From: an uncultured virus (IMG/VR IMGVR_UViG_3300029305_002833)
Lineage: Duplodnaviria > Heunggongvirae > Uroviricota > Caudoviricetes
Reading direction: 5' to 3' (one strand)
DNA length: 20,000 nt
Virus record (IMG/VR): IMGVR_UViG_3300029305_002833
In this document: positions 1 to 7,732 of the stretch, piece after piece
Position numbering within the stretch: position 1 is the first letter of the stretch
Layout of the letters: every line of letters begins with the position of its first letter
Position numbers and translations under genes: made by a program
Notes under the pieces: model-generated
Told to the model about the DNA's origin: nothing
Database searches by the model: none
The model's input: the letters and a program-made list of their open reading frames with translations, nothing else

Positions 1-1
1 C

Positions 2-97
2 AAGGCGGAAAGGATGGCCAAAAAATACGCGGGGGGGGGTATACCTGGTCAGCTTAATATACTGGATTTCTGCAATGAGTGCGAAACGGAGGAATGA
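2..97 (+). CDS. 3' end of a hypothetical protein (partial; ...KKYAGGGIPGQLNILDFCNECETEE*)
   Basis: Frame 2 is open from the window edge to TGA 95-97, which overlaps ATG 94 of the next gene (ATGA coupling). A GQLNILDF-type tail is common in phage proteins. Contains a G9 tract at 31-39. Confidence 0.6.
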   Translation, partial: KAERMAKKYAGGGIPGQLNILDFCNECETEE

Positions 98-852
98 GCA
101 TGGATGACCGGATGATCGTGGTGTACGCGGCGAGCAGGAACCTCTATCCTGTATTGCCGATGGCTTACATGAGCCTGCTGAAGCACAACCCGGAGGCGGC
201 GGTGGTTTGTTTGATCGAGGACGACGAACTGCCCTATGAGGTGCCAGGGAATGTGGGGACGGTGAACGTATCGGGGCAGGAGTGGTTCGGGGAGGATTGC
301 CCGAATATCAAGACCAATTTCACGTATTTGAGCCTGTTGCGGGTGTGCTATACGAAGCTGTTTCCGGGATATGACCGGGTGCTCCAGCTGGACGTCGATA
401 CCATTGTGAATGACAGTCTGATGCCGATTTGGAAGATCGACATGGGCGGGAAGTATTTCGCGGCGGTGCCGGAGCATTTGAGCAAATGGAAGCCGTATGG
501 GAAGGATTACAGGAACGTGGGCGTCTGCGTGTTCAATCTCAAACAGATGCGAGAGGATGGGGTGGACGATGAACTGATCCACTTCCTGAATACCAACAAG
601 GTGCCCTACATTGACCAGGACGCGCTGAACTGGCTGAACGCTAAGAAGGGCGGCGACAAGGCGCTGGCGCTGGGAGTGCGGTACAACGAGTGTTTTGTGA
701 CGGGAGAGACATTACGCCCAGCTGTGGTTCACGCAGCCGGGACCCGCAACTGGTTTGTAAACCTTGACGAGCAATATCGCGGAAGTTACTGGAAGCCGTA
801 TGAGAAGTATTGCCAGGTTGAAGCCTGCCGTGCTGCCGGGATTCATTGCTGA
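94..852 (+). CDS. Glycosyltransferase family 8 (GT-A fold)
   Basis: Motifs LQLDVDTIV (DxD), NVGVCVFNL, DQDALN and HAAG. GGAGG at 88-92 suggests a start at ATG 94 or 100 rather than GTG 79. Confidence 0.9.
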   Translation: MSMDDRMIVVYAASRNLYPVLPMAYMSLLKHNPEAAVVCLIEDDELPYEVPGNVGTVNVSGQEWFGEDCPNIKTNFTYLSLLRVCYTKLFPGYDRVLQLDVDTIVNDSLMPIWKIDMGGKYFAAVPEHLSKWKPYGKDYRNVGVCVFNLKQMREDGVDDELIHFLNTNKVPYIDQDALNWLNAKKGGDKALALGVRYNECFVTGETLRPAVVHAAGTRNWFVNLDEQYRGSYWKPYEKYCQVEACRAAGIHC

Positions 853-855
853 TAG

Positions 856-890
856 AAAAAGCCGGTAGTTTATCGGCTACCGGCCTTCTT
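856..890 (-). terminator. Intrinsic terminator of the RHH gene (possibly bidirectional)
   Basis: Stem GCCGGTAG (861-868) / CTACCGGC (877-884). On the minus strand it is followed by TTTTT, and on the + strand by CTTCTTT. It overlaps the RHH stop codon. Confidence 0.75.
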
Positions 891-1031
891 TGCATCGACG
901 TGATCTTGCAAAACCTTGATGATGTAGTTGTTGAAACTGCGGCCATCTGCCTTTGCGAGTTCTTCCAGTTCCGCTTTCAGCGTTTTCAGAATCACCAGGT
1001 TTGCCCGTACCTTGTCCGGTGAAATGCTCAT
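870..1031 (-). CDS. Arc/ribbon-helix-helix DNA-binding protein (53 aa)
   Basis: MSISPDKVRANLVILKTLKAELEELAKADGRSFNNYIIKVLQDHV fits the RHH strand-helix-(GRS.N)-helix pattern. RBS AAGGGGG lies 7 nt before ATG 1031. The same protein is encoded at 7794-7958. Confidence 0.88.
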   Translation of the reverse strand: MSISPDKVRANLVILKTLKAELEELAKADGRSFNNYIIKVLQDHVDAKKAGSR

Positions 1032-1052
1032 GGTATCGCCCCCTTCGGGCAG

Positions 1053-1081
1053 ATGATAGCACAGATTCAAAGTGTTGTCAA
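1053..1081 (-). promoter_or_regulatory. SigmaA-type promoter for the RHH gene
   Basis: The minus strand reads TTGACA (1081-1076), 17-nt spacer, TATCAT (1058-1053), with a TGn extension. Conserved in copy 2. Confidence 0.85.
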
Positions 1082-1093
1082 GTTACGTAACTT
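1080..1093. promoter_or_regulatory. Putative RHH operator, perfect 14-bp palindrome AAGTTACGTAACTT
   Basis: Perfect palindrome abutting the leftward -35. The core TTACGTAA recurs at 1140-1147 and a partial GTGCGTAA lies at 1118-1125. All are conserved in copy 2. Confidence 0.7.
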
Positions 1094-1108
1094 TTAACAT
1101 ATGGATAA

Positions 1109-1147
1109 TTACAGAAAGTGCGTAATAGTGATATAATTATTACGTAA
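1109..1147 (+). promoter_or_regulatory. Extended -10 promoter for the HNH gene with an operator at the predicted +1
   Basis: TGaTATAAT (TATAAT at 1132-1137), weak -35 TTACAG (1109-1114), TTACGTAA at 1140-1147. Confidence 0.7.
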
Positions 1148-1165
1148 GAAAAAGGGGGCGAGGAT

Positions 1166-1846
1166 ATGGAACGGTTCAAGGATATTAGTGGACAGCAGTA
1201 CGGGAAACTGACTGTTATTGAGTATTCAGGGAACAATTCACAGGGAACAGCATTATGGAGATGCAGATGTACATGCGGCAATGAACGGATAGCGGTTGGA
1301 AGCATGTTGAGAAATGGAACTGTGACAATGTGCGTGGCGTGTTCACGACGTGAAGCAGCCCGCAAAAACGCAGAGAAGCCGACCACGATCCGCAACAAGA
1401 GATTGCACAGCATATTTGCTGGCATGAAGAACCGTTGCAACAATCCTAACCAGATCAATTACAAGGATTACGGCGCACGAGGCATTGACATTTGTGATGA
1501 ATGGAGCGACAGGAAAGAAGGGTATCGAAGATTCGAAAAATGGGCACTTGCGAATGGCTACAAAGACGGTTTGACCATTGACAGAATCGACAATTCAAAA
1601 GGATATAGCCCGGAAAATTGTAGATGGGTAAGCAGAAGTGTACAAGCAATAAACAGGCGCAAATGGTACAACAAAACAGGCGAACGCGGAGTATACACCA
1701 GACAATATAAAAACGGAATTACATATGAAGTCTGTGTTTTTGTAAATAAGAAAAGGATATATGTTGGATACTACCATACGATTGAAGAAGCGGCGGCAGC
1801 GCGGAAGGCCGCAGAGTTGAAGTATTACGGAAAGGTGCTGGATTAG
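1166..1846 (+). CDS. HNH-type homing endonuclease with one N-terminal Cys/Zn repeat and a C-terminal AP2 domain
   Basis: WRCRCTCG...CVAC repeat; [15 protein letters not shown]...[19 protein letters not shown] nuclease core; AP2-like GERGVY...[30 protein letters not shown]. Confidence 0.85.
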   Translation: MERFKDISGQQYGKLTVIEYSGNNSQGTALWRCRCTCGNERIAVGSMLRNGTVTMCVACSRREAARKNAEKPTTIRNKRLHSIFAGMKNRCNNPNQINYKDYGARGIDICDEWSDRKEGYRRFEKWALANGYKDGLTIDRIDNSKGYSPENCRWVSRSVQAINRRKWYNKTGERGVYTRQYKNGITYEVCVFVNKKRIYVGYYHTIEEAAAARKAAELKYYGKVLD

Positions 1847-1854
1847 AGGCGCGA

Positions 1855-2736
1855 ATGAAGATCGGACTACATGACAGCGACAGGACTGGGTTTCCGAACT
1901 TGGCGCTGATGAAACTGTCCGCGTGGCACAAGGCGCGGGGCGATGAGGTTTCGTGGTGGGTGCCGATGCTGGAATATGACCGGGTGTATTCGTCCAAGGT
2001 GTTCACGTTCACGCCGGAGAATCCGTACCTTCCTGAAAATACCGTGAGGGGGGGTACGGGGTACGGCATATTGGACGAGCTGCCGTCGGAGATCGACGCC
2101 ATGTTCCCGGATTACAGCATCTATCCGAAGTGCAGACACGCCATCGGGTTTCTGACGCGGGGGTGCATACGGCGGTGTCCGTGGTGCATCGTGCCGAAGA
2201 AGGAGGGGATGATCCGGCCCAACCGGACATGGCGGGAAGTCAAGCGGCCTGACAGCCGGGACATCGTGTTCATGGACAACAATGTGCTGGCGTCGTCGCA
2301 CGGCGTCGCCCAGATGGTGGACATGATCGGGAAGGATGTGCGGGTGGACTTCAACCAAGGGCTGGACGCGCGGCTGATTGATGATGATGTGGCGGAAATC
2401 CTGTCGAGGCTGAAATGGATAAGGTTCATTCGCATGAGCGCGGACACGGACGCGATGCTGGACGTGGTGCTTGGGGCCATCGACAGGCTGGGGAAGGTCG
2501 GCGTGAAGCCCTACCGGGTGTTCGTGTACGTGTTGGCACAGGACGTGGATAGCGCCGAGCGGCGGTGTATCGCGCTGCGGGAGGCAGGGGCGGAGCCGTT
2601 CTGCCAGCCCTACAGGGACTTCACGACGAACGCGGAGCCGCCGGTGGAGTTGAGGCAACTGGCGCGGTGGGTGAACGACAAGGCGATATTCAAGACGGTG
2701 AGGACGTTTGGAGAGTACAGGGCGAGGAAGGGATAA
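1855..2736 (+). CDS. Radical SAM protein (phage FPNLALMK family)
   Basis: CxxxCxxC motif TRGCIRRCPWC, N-terminal FPNLALMKLSAWHK, plus DNN and DFNQGLDARL motifs. Confidence 0.88.
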   Translation: MKIGLHDSDRTGFPNLALMKLSAWHKARGDEVSWWVPMLEYDRVYSSKVFTFTPENPYLPENTVRGGTGYGILDELPSEIDAMFPDYSIYPKCRHAIGFLTRGCIRRCPWCIVPKKEGMIRPNRTWREVKRPDSRDIVFMDNNVLASSHGVAQMVDMIGKDVRVDFNQGLDARLIDDDVAEILSRLKWIRFIRMSADTDAMLDVVLGAIDRLGKVGVKPYRVFVYVLAQDVDSAERRCIALREAGAEPFCQPYRDFTTNAEPPVELRQLARWVNDKAIFKTVRTFGEYRARKG

Positions 2737-2739
2737 CGG

Positions 2740-3339
2740 ATGAATATTGAGAAGTTCAATTTCCCGGTCCTGCGGTTTGTGGAGCTTGCGGAAAAGACCG
2801 AGGATGAACTGCGGCGATTCATAATTGACAACGATGCAAGCAGCTTTCTGGTATGCCTGCGGGCAAAATATTCCCGGGATAAGGAATGGGAATATATGAT
2901 CGAGTTTTGCCGGCAATACGAGTACGACGGGATCATGTGGGAGATGGACTGGTTCGAGGGCCAGCAGCTGGTGGAATACCTGGGGATTTGCCCGGTGCCG
3001 GGTTGGTATGGCGGGAAGGTGGAGAAGTTTGCTGAGATTATTGAAAAGGCGGAGAAGGTAAAGACGACACTTTTGAACCGGGAGCTGTGCCCTTATTGCC
3101 ACAGCGCCTATCAATACCATCCCGAAGGGTCGATTCACGGCAAGCTGGTGGCGTTCAAGCCCACGGCGAGCCCGACGGATTTCAAGGACTGGGAGATTTG
3201 GCTGCACGAAGGGGAGACGCCATGCATGATGTGCTTTGACCGGTTCGGCAGCGGGGCGTATATCGACATCAACTATTGCCCGATGTGCGGGAGGGATTTG
3301 AGGGGTGAAGGCGATGGAGCGAATGACATGCCGGGATGA
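2740..3339 (+). CDS. Hypothetical protein with a C-terminal Zn-ribbon
   Basis: CPYC...INYCPMCGRDL; starts 3 nt after the upstream stop. Confidence 0.7.
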   Translation: MNIEKFNFPVLRFVELAEKTEDELRRFIIDNDASSFLVCLRAKYSRDKEWEYMIEFCRQYEYDGIMWEMDWFEGQQLVEYLGICPVPGWYGGKVEKFAEIIEKAEKVKTTLLNRELCPYCHSAYQYHPEGSIHGKLVAFKPTASPTDFKDWEIWLHEGETPCMMCFDRFGSGAYIDINYCPMCGRDLRGEGDGANDMPG

Positions 3340-3730
3340 AACCGGGCGGGCGCGGATGACGCTGTACGGCAAGCGGATGTATGGTTCGACGCAGGCCACG
3401 GCGGATTGCGTTTGCAAGCTGGAAGAGGCGCTGGAAAGGCTGGCGGTTCCGCGGGTGATGCCGCTGGAAGAAGTGGCGGCGTTGCCGAATGGCAGCGTCG
3501 TGTGGCTGGAGGATTGCGATAAGCCGGATGTGATCGCGGGAATAGTGATGGATGAACTGATTACCACACGCGAATTGGGCTCTGTTGTTGTGCTGATCTA
3601 TTTCGTGGTTGTGCGCGGCAGTGGGCTCATCGACCGGGTGACCGCGAGCGCCGAGGATTACAAGATACGCTGGCGGTGCTGGACAGGGGAGCCGAGCAAG
3701 GAACATAGGGAGGCGGAAAAGTGGAACTGA
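3314..3730 (+). CDS. Hypothetical phage protein
   Basis: Codon bias matches neighbours; C-terminal WRCWTGEPSKE motif typical of phage hypotheticals. Start uncertain (3305, 3314 or 3323). Confidence 0.7.
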   Translation: MERMTCRDETGRARMTLYGKRMYGSTQATADCVCKLEEALERLAVPRVMPLEEVAALPNGSVVWLEDCDKPDVIAGIVMDELITTRELGSVVVLIYFVVVRGSGLIDRVTASAEDYKIRWRCWTGEPSKEHREAEKWN

Positions 3731-3861
3731 GGCTTGAACCTGTGATTGAGGGACATCCCTACCCGAAACTGTACGGCGGCTATCGCTGCCGTGTGAATGG
3801 CGAATGGTACGACTGCGATCGGTACGGCAACATTACCGACAGGCGATACAAGGGGCGGTGA
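3721..3861 (+). CDS. Small hypothetical protein (46 aa, MELRLEPVIEGHPYPKLYGGYRCRVNGEWYDCDRYGN...)
   Basis: Not in the ORF track. GGAGG at 3709-3713 lies 7 nt before GTG 3721; the ORF fills the gap between genes. Confidence 0.6.
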   Translation: MELRLEPVIEGHPYPKLYGGYRCRVNGEWYDCDRYGNITDRRYKGR

Positions 3862-3868
3862 AAAGGGA

Positions 3869-4525
3869 ATGAGCAATATCATGATCTGCGTGCCGACGCT
3901 GGACAGGGTGGATGCCAGCTTCTTTGCGAGCGTGCTGGGGCTGCGGTACGATGGGGCGCACAGGTACGCTTGGAACGTGAAAAGCAATTCTATGGTGTAC
4001 GATGCACGCAACGCGTTCGCGTTGGAGGCCATCAACGGGAAGTATGACTATTTGGTGTTCCTGGATTCGGACATTGTGATGGAGCCGGACACGGTGATCC
4101 GGCTGGTGGAGGACATCGAGCAGAGCGGCGCGGACCTGGTGACGGGGATTTATTTCAAGCGGCGGCTGCCGACGTCGCCGGTGATTTACAGGCATATCGA
4201 CTGGTATGAGGACGAGGTGCTGGGGGCGCAGGAATCGGCGGAGGTCTATGAGGACTGGCCGGAGAACGGGGGGCTGTTTGAGATCGAGGGCTGCGGTATG
4301 GGGTGCTGCGTGATACGGGTCGGGATGCTGCCGGAGGTGGTGGCGGCGTTCAGGATTTCGCCATTTACGCCGTTGCCGCGGCTTTCAGAGGATTTGAGCT
4401 TCTGCTGGCGGCTGAAGAAGCTACGGAAGCGGATGGTGTGCGATCCTGGGATATTGCCTGGCCATGCTGGGTTGATGGTTTACAGGAAGCAGGATTGGGA
4501 CAGGCAGAGGGAGGCGGAAGGATGA
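3869..4525 (+). CDS. Glycosyltransferase family 2-like (GT-A fold)
   Basis: IMICVPT...ARN...LVFLDSD (DxD)...GCGMGC...SEDLSFC...GHAG. Likely start is ATG 3869. Confidence 0.85.
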   Translation: MSNIMICVPTLDRVDASFFASVLGLRYDGAHRYAWNVKSNSMVYDARNAFALEAINGKYDYLVFLDSDIVMEPDTVIRLVEDIEQSGADLVTGIYFKRRLPTSPVIYRHIDWYEDEVLGAQESAEVYEDWPENGGLFEIEGCGMGCCVIRVGMLPEVVAAFRISPFTPLPRLSEDLSFCWRLKKLRKRMVCDPGILPGHAGLMVYRKQDWDRQREAEG

Positions 4526-4725
4526 TAATGCTTGACGTTCGGGATTATTGCCATGATTGCCAGATGTTTAAGGCAGATGTGGATAAGATGCCGGCGCGTA
4601 CAAATTCGGGAAGGATTTTTGATACGGTGATACGCTGCAAGAGAGCGGTTGCCTGTCGGGAGATTCACAAGATGTTTGAGAGGCAGAACGACAAATGCCA
4701 GGGGTTTATGGGACCGACGTTTTGA
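4522..4725 (+). CDS. Small Cys-rich hypothetical protein
   Basis: ATGA-coupled to the upstream stop; MIMLDVRDYCHDC...C...C. Confidence 0.65.
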   Translation: MIMLDVRDYCHDCQMFKADVDKMPARTNSGRIFDTVIRCKRAVACREIHKMFERQNDKCQGFMGPTF

Positions 4726-4734
4726 GGCGAGAAG

Positions 4735-5187
4735 ATGCTTGAATTGAGACCATGCGATTTCCAGACGGCGCGGGACTTTGTACGGTTGAACCATCGGCAC
4801 AACAAGCCGCCTGCGGGCCATAAGTTTTCTGTGGCGTGCTATGACGGGGACAGGCTTTGCGGGGTGTGCATGGTGGGCAGGCCGGTGAGCCGGTTTCTGG
4901 ACGACGGGCTGACGCTGGAGGTCAACCGTTGTTGCACGGACGGGACGCGGAACGCCTGCACGATGCTGTATGGCGCGGCGACGCGGGCGGCAAAGGCGCT
5001 GGGGTATAAGCGGCTGGTGACGTACACGCTGCAAAGTGAGCCGGGGACGAGCCTGAGGGCGTCTAACTGGAAATTTTGCGGGGGGGGGTACGGAGGAACG
5101 CATTGGAATGGCGCGAGGTACGCGCAGTTTGAGCAGATGGAGATTCCGATGTCGGAGATGAAGGTGAGGTGGGAGAAGGAATTATGA
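4735..5187 (+). CDS. XF1762-family protein (Mom-like GNAT fold, putative DNA-modifying acyltransferase)
   Basis: HRHNKPPAGHKFS, GRPVSRFLDDG.TLEVNR.CTDGTRNAC.MLYGA, and TYTL..E.G.SLRA.NW motifs. Confidence 0.8.
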   Translation: MLELRPCDFQTARDFVRLNHRHNKPPAGHKFSVACYDGDRLCGVCMVGRPVSRFLDDGLTLEVNRCCTDGTRNACTMLYGAATRAAKALGYKRLVTYTLQSEPGTSLRASNWKFCGGGYGGTHWNGARYAQFEQMEIPMSEMKVRWEKEL

Positions 5188-5321
5188 GAAACAGTGACAT
5201 TCTGAGGCTTGTGATTATGCTGATTGCGGCGGCCATCATGGTGCCGCTTGGGATATGGTGGATAAAGCTGATTGTGGAGTCGGATTTACCAACGTGGTTG
5301 AAGGTCATGCTGTTGAGGTGA
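5184..5321 (+). CDS. Small membrane protein (45 aa)
   Basis: Not in the ORF track. ATGA coupling; MRNSDILRLVIMLIAAAIMVPLGIWWIKLIVESDLPTWLKVMLLR has a hydrophobic helix. Confidence 0.65.
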   Translation: MRNSDILRLVIMLIAAAIMVPLGIWWIKLIVESDLPTWLKVMLLR

Positions 5322-5539
5322 TGGAGATGATCTGGTCGATACTTCGCTGCGCGGGGTCGGTGGCCCTGGGCGTGGTGATCGGGGAGTGGATTGACAGGCG
5401 GCGGTGCTGGCGGTATGGGGCCTATGGCAGCGGCGAGGTGCTGCGGGCTCGGCTGTTCTGCAAGCATCAATGGATGCGGTTGGGCAACATGGAGCAGCGG
5501 TGCGAGAAGTGCGGGCTGTACAGGAGGTATGTGGGGTGA
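5321..5539 (+). CDS. Hypothetical protein with an N-terminal hydrophobic segment and a CxH...CxxC motif
   Basis: TGATG coupling; LFCKHQW...RCEKCG. Confidence 0.6.
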   Translation: MEMIWSILRCAGSVALGVVIGEWIDRRRCWRYGAYGSGEVLRARLFCKHQWMRLGNMEQRCEKCGLYRRYVG

Positions 5540-5543
5540 GGAT

Positions 5544-5717
5544 ATGAAACTGACCAAAAAGAAGATCAAGACCATTGTGGAGCGCGTGACGCAGGCGGTT
5601 ACGGAGAAACAGGTCGAGGCGACGGTGGAGATTTCGCCGGAGAACATTCACATCAGCATCAGCCCGTGGAAGCCGTTTGAGATGAAGTGCCCGTATGACA
5701 AGGGGGCGAGGACGTGA
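5544..5717 (+). CDS. Hypothetical protein
   Basis: MKLTKKKIKTIVERV...; GAGG before ATG 5544. Confidence 0.6.
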   Translation: MKLTKKKIKTIVERVTQAVTEKQVEATVEISPENIHISISPWKPFEMKCPYDKGART

Positions 5718-5938
5718 GGCTGATCGATGCGGATGCGCTGCCGATTGTAGCGCGAGGCAAAAATCATCACAGAAAATATGTATTTGCCGATATTACAGAT
5801 GCACCCACCATCGACGCTATCCCGGTGGAGTGGCTGCGGGAATTTGACCTGTACTATGCTGGGATTAGCGATGGAACGAAGTACATGAACGAGCTTGTTG
5901 AAGCATGGCAGAAGGGACAGGAGGCGCAAGATGGCTGA
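5714..5938 (+). CDS. Conserved phage hypothetical protein (MRLIDADAL...APTIDA family)
   Basis: Characteristic MRLIDADAL and DAPTIDAIPVEW motifs. Confidence 0.75.
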   Translation: MRLIDADALPIVARGKNHHRKYVFADITDAPTIDAIPVEWLREFDLYYAGISDGTKYMNELVEAWQKGQEAQDG

Positions 5939-6278
5939 ATTCGTACAGACAATGAAGGACTGGCGCAGGATGTGCATGGCGATGGAGAGATTGCGCCCGG
6001 ATGATCCATGTGCCGGATGCCGCTTGGAGGGATATGGGTGCCCGGCAATCTACGAGGATAATAGCCATGTGGATTATTCCGACGTTGCGAGAAACGTCAC
6101 GGCATGGGCTGCAGAACACCCGGAGCCGGTGTATCCGACGTGGTGGAGTTGGTTGATTGACCAAGGGGTTATAGAAAAAGGGTCTACATACACAGGAGCA
6201 TTTGACCAACTTAAAACGAAATCCATCAGCGCCGAGCTCGCGGAGAAGCTGGAGATTGAGCCGAAACCGCAGGTGTAG
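5931..6278 (+). CDS. Conserved phage hypothetical protein
   Basis: GGAGG before ATG 5931; MAEFVQTMKDWRRMC...C..C...WAAEHPEPVYPTW. Confidence 0.75.
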   Translation: MAEFVQTMKDWRRMCMAMERLRPDDPCAGCRLEGYGCPAIYEDNSHVDYSDVARNVTAWAAEHPEPVYPTWWSWLIDQGVIEKGSTYTGAFDQLKTKSISAELAEKLEIEPKPQV

Positions 6279-6301
6279 CGAAGCGGTAAGGAGGGATAGC
6301 G

Positions 6302-7525
6302 ATGAAAGAAAATATCATGGAAATCAGGGGCAAGCATGGAACTGCGGTTTGCTTTGCGAAGATCATAGAGGACAGCGCCATAGAACAGATTCGGCGTATG
6401 TGCGATTATGATTTTACAGAAAACTGCCGTATCCGCATTATGCCGGACGTACACGCCGGGAAAGGATGCACCATCGGCACGACCATGACGATCAGGGATA
6501 AGGTTGTACCGAATATCGTTGGCGTTGATATAGGCTGCGGCATGTATTGCGTCAAGCTGGCGCAATCAGACATCGACCTGAAAGCCCTTGACTCGGCGGC
6601 GCACTTCATACCGTCCGGCATGAACGTATGGGAGCACAGGGTCGGCAAATTCGACCTACAGGCTCTGAGATGCTATCGTCATCTGCGGGACACAGATCGG
6701 CTTGAACGCAGTTTGGGGACGCTGGGCGGAGGAAATCACTTTATCGAGGTTGATCGTGGGAGCGACGGGGCGCTGTACCTTGTGATTCACTCCGGGAGCC
6801 GCAACCTCGGGAAGCAGGTGGCCGAATACTACCAGAATGTTGCGATCCGCCTTAACGCGGGGATTGAAAACTACGACAAGCGAAAGGAAGCCCTCGTCGC
6901 GGAATACAAAGCGGCTGGCCGGCAGTCTGAAATCCAGGCGGCACTTAAAGCGCTGAAGGAGGAAAAGAAGGAACGCACAATCCCGGATGATCTGTGCTAC
7001 GTGTACGGGAAACACCTTGAAGATTACCTGGCGGACGTGGTTGTGTGTCAGAAATACGCCCGCCGGAACCGGGAATTGATGGCCGAAATCCTCATGGAGA
7101 TGGCGGGAATTGTCGGGGTGGAATCGTTTCATACCATCCACAATTACATTGATACGGATGAAATGATTCTGCGAAAGGGCGCAATCGCCGCGCACAAAGG
7201 CGAGAGGGTGCTCATACCCATCAACATGCGGGACGGCAGCGTGCTTGCCATCGGGCGCGGGAACCCGGATTGGAACTATTCAGCGCCCCACGGCGCGGGC
7301 CGGATTATGTCACGGGCGGCGGCAAGGTCGAATCTGACCGTTGAAGCGTATGAAGAATCCATGCGGGGCATATACACGACATCCGTCAACGCAGGCACGA
7401 TAGACGAAGCGCCCATGGCGTATAAGTCTTTGGCGGACATCATGGATGTGATCGAAGCATCCGTGGACGTGGTTGACGTGATGAAGCCGATATTCAACTT
7501 CAAGGCGGTGGAGAAGGAGGGATAG
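6302..7525 (+). CDS. rtcB: RtcB family 3'-phosphate/5'-OH RNA ligase
   Basis: MPDVHAGKGCTIG, GVDIGCGM, GTLGGGNHFIE, HSGSR, HNY, RKGA, SAPHGAGR and DEAPMAYK. Confidence 0.95.
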   Translation: MKENIMEIRGKHGTAVCFAKIIEDSAIEQIRRMCDYDFTENCRIRIMPDVHAGKGCTIGTTMTIRDKVVPNIVGVDIGCGMYCVKLAQSDIDLKALDSAAHFIPSGMNVWEHRVGKFDLQALRCYRHLRDTDRLERSLGTLGGGNHFIEVDRGSDGALYLVIHSGSRNLGKQVAEYYQNVAIRLNAGIENYDKRKEALVAEYKAAGRQSEIQAALKALKEEKKERTIPDDLCYVYGKHLEDYLADVVVCQKYARRNRELMAEILMEMAGIVGVESFHTIHNYIDTDEMILRKGAIAAHKGERVLIPINMRDGSVLAIGRGNPDWNYSAPHGAGRIMSRAAARSNLTVEAYEESMRGIYTTSVNAGTIDEAPMAYKSLADIMDVIEASVDVVDVMKPIFNFKAVEKEG

Positions 7526-7526
7526 C

Positions 7527-7730
7527 GTGAAGGATATTGAAAAGGATTTCAAGTTGAACTGGCTGGACGAAAAGCAAATCTTTCGGATCAGTGAAATCAA
7601 CGAATGTGCGAAAAGCCTTGCGGCGATGATCGAGAGCGCTTGCCCGGATGGGCGGGAAAAGGCGCTGGCGTATACAAAACTTGAGGAGTGCGTGATGTGG
7701 GCGCGGGCGGCGATTGCAAAGGAGGTATGA
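7527..7730 (+). CDS. Acb2/Tad1-like helical hairpin protein (candidate cyclic-nucleotide sponge)
   Basis: CPDGREKALAYTKLEECVMWARAAIA resembles the RExxLAxTKLEExxMW hairpin of Acb2/Tad1-type proteins; RBS GGAGG. Confidence 0.65.
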   Translation: MKDIEKDFKLNWLDEKQIFRISEINECAKSLAAMIESACPDGREKALAYTKLEECVMWARAAIAKEV

Positions 7731-7732
7731 AC

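Larger units (their letters stand above)
855..1846. mobile_element. RHH regulator / HNH-AP2 endonuclease cassette, copy 1
   Basis: About 855-1180 is near-identical to about 7781-8107. The nuclease gene is AT-rich within a GC-rich background. The RHH gene runs opposite to all neighbours. Confidence 0.75.

Noticed and set aside
487..807. Direct repeat TGGAAGCCGTATG(G/A)GAAG at 487 and 790 within GT8 (WKPY twice)
   Set aside because: Both copies are in frame within an intact gene and nothing mobile lies between them. Probably coincidental or an old intragenic echo.
1032..1070. Longer RHH N-terminus (MNLCYHLPEGGDT) as given in the ORF track, likewise 7959-7997
   Set aside because: This segment contains the RBS and -10 element and carries non-synonymous differences between copies. 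The real start is ATG 1031/7958.
870..1846. Interpretation as a classical type II toxin-antitoxin pair or IS element
   Set aside because: The genes are divergent rather than co-transcribed. I found no transposase, terminal inverted repeats or exact target-site duplication.
835..1875. Possible replaced 5' end at cassette 1 (GIHC at the GT8 end vs GLHD at the radical SAM start)
   Set aside because: Only about 8 of 15 nt match, and there is no start codon or RBS for a stub. Not distinguishable from chance, unlike cassette 2.
1867..3567. 566-aa minus-strand ORF and many other long minus-strand ORFs (e.g. 13349-14488, 9873-10808, 17974-18828)
   Set aside because: Shadow ORFs antisense to well-supported + strand genes. 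They are His/Pro/Arg-rich, lack motifs, and are expected from the strand's codon bias.
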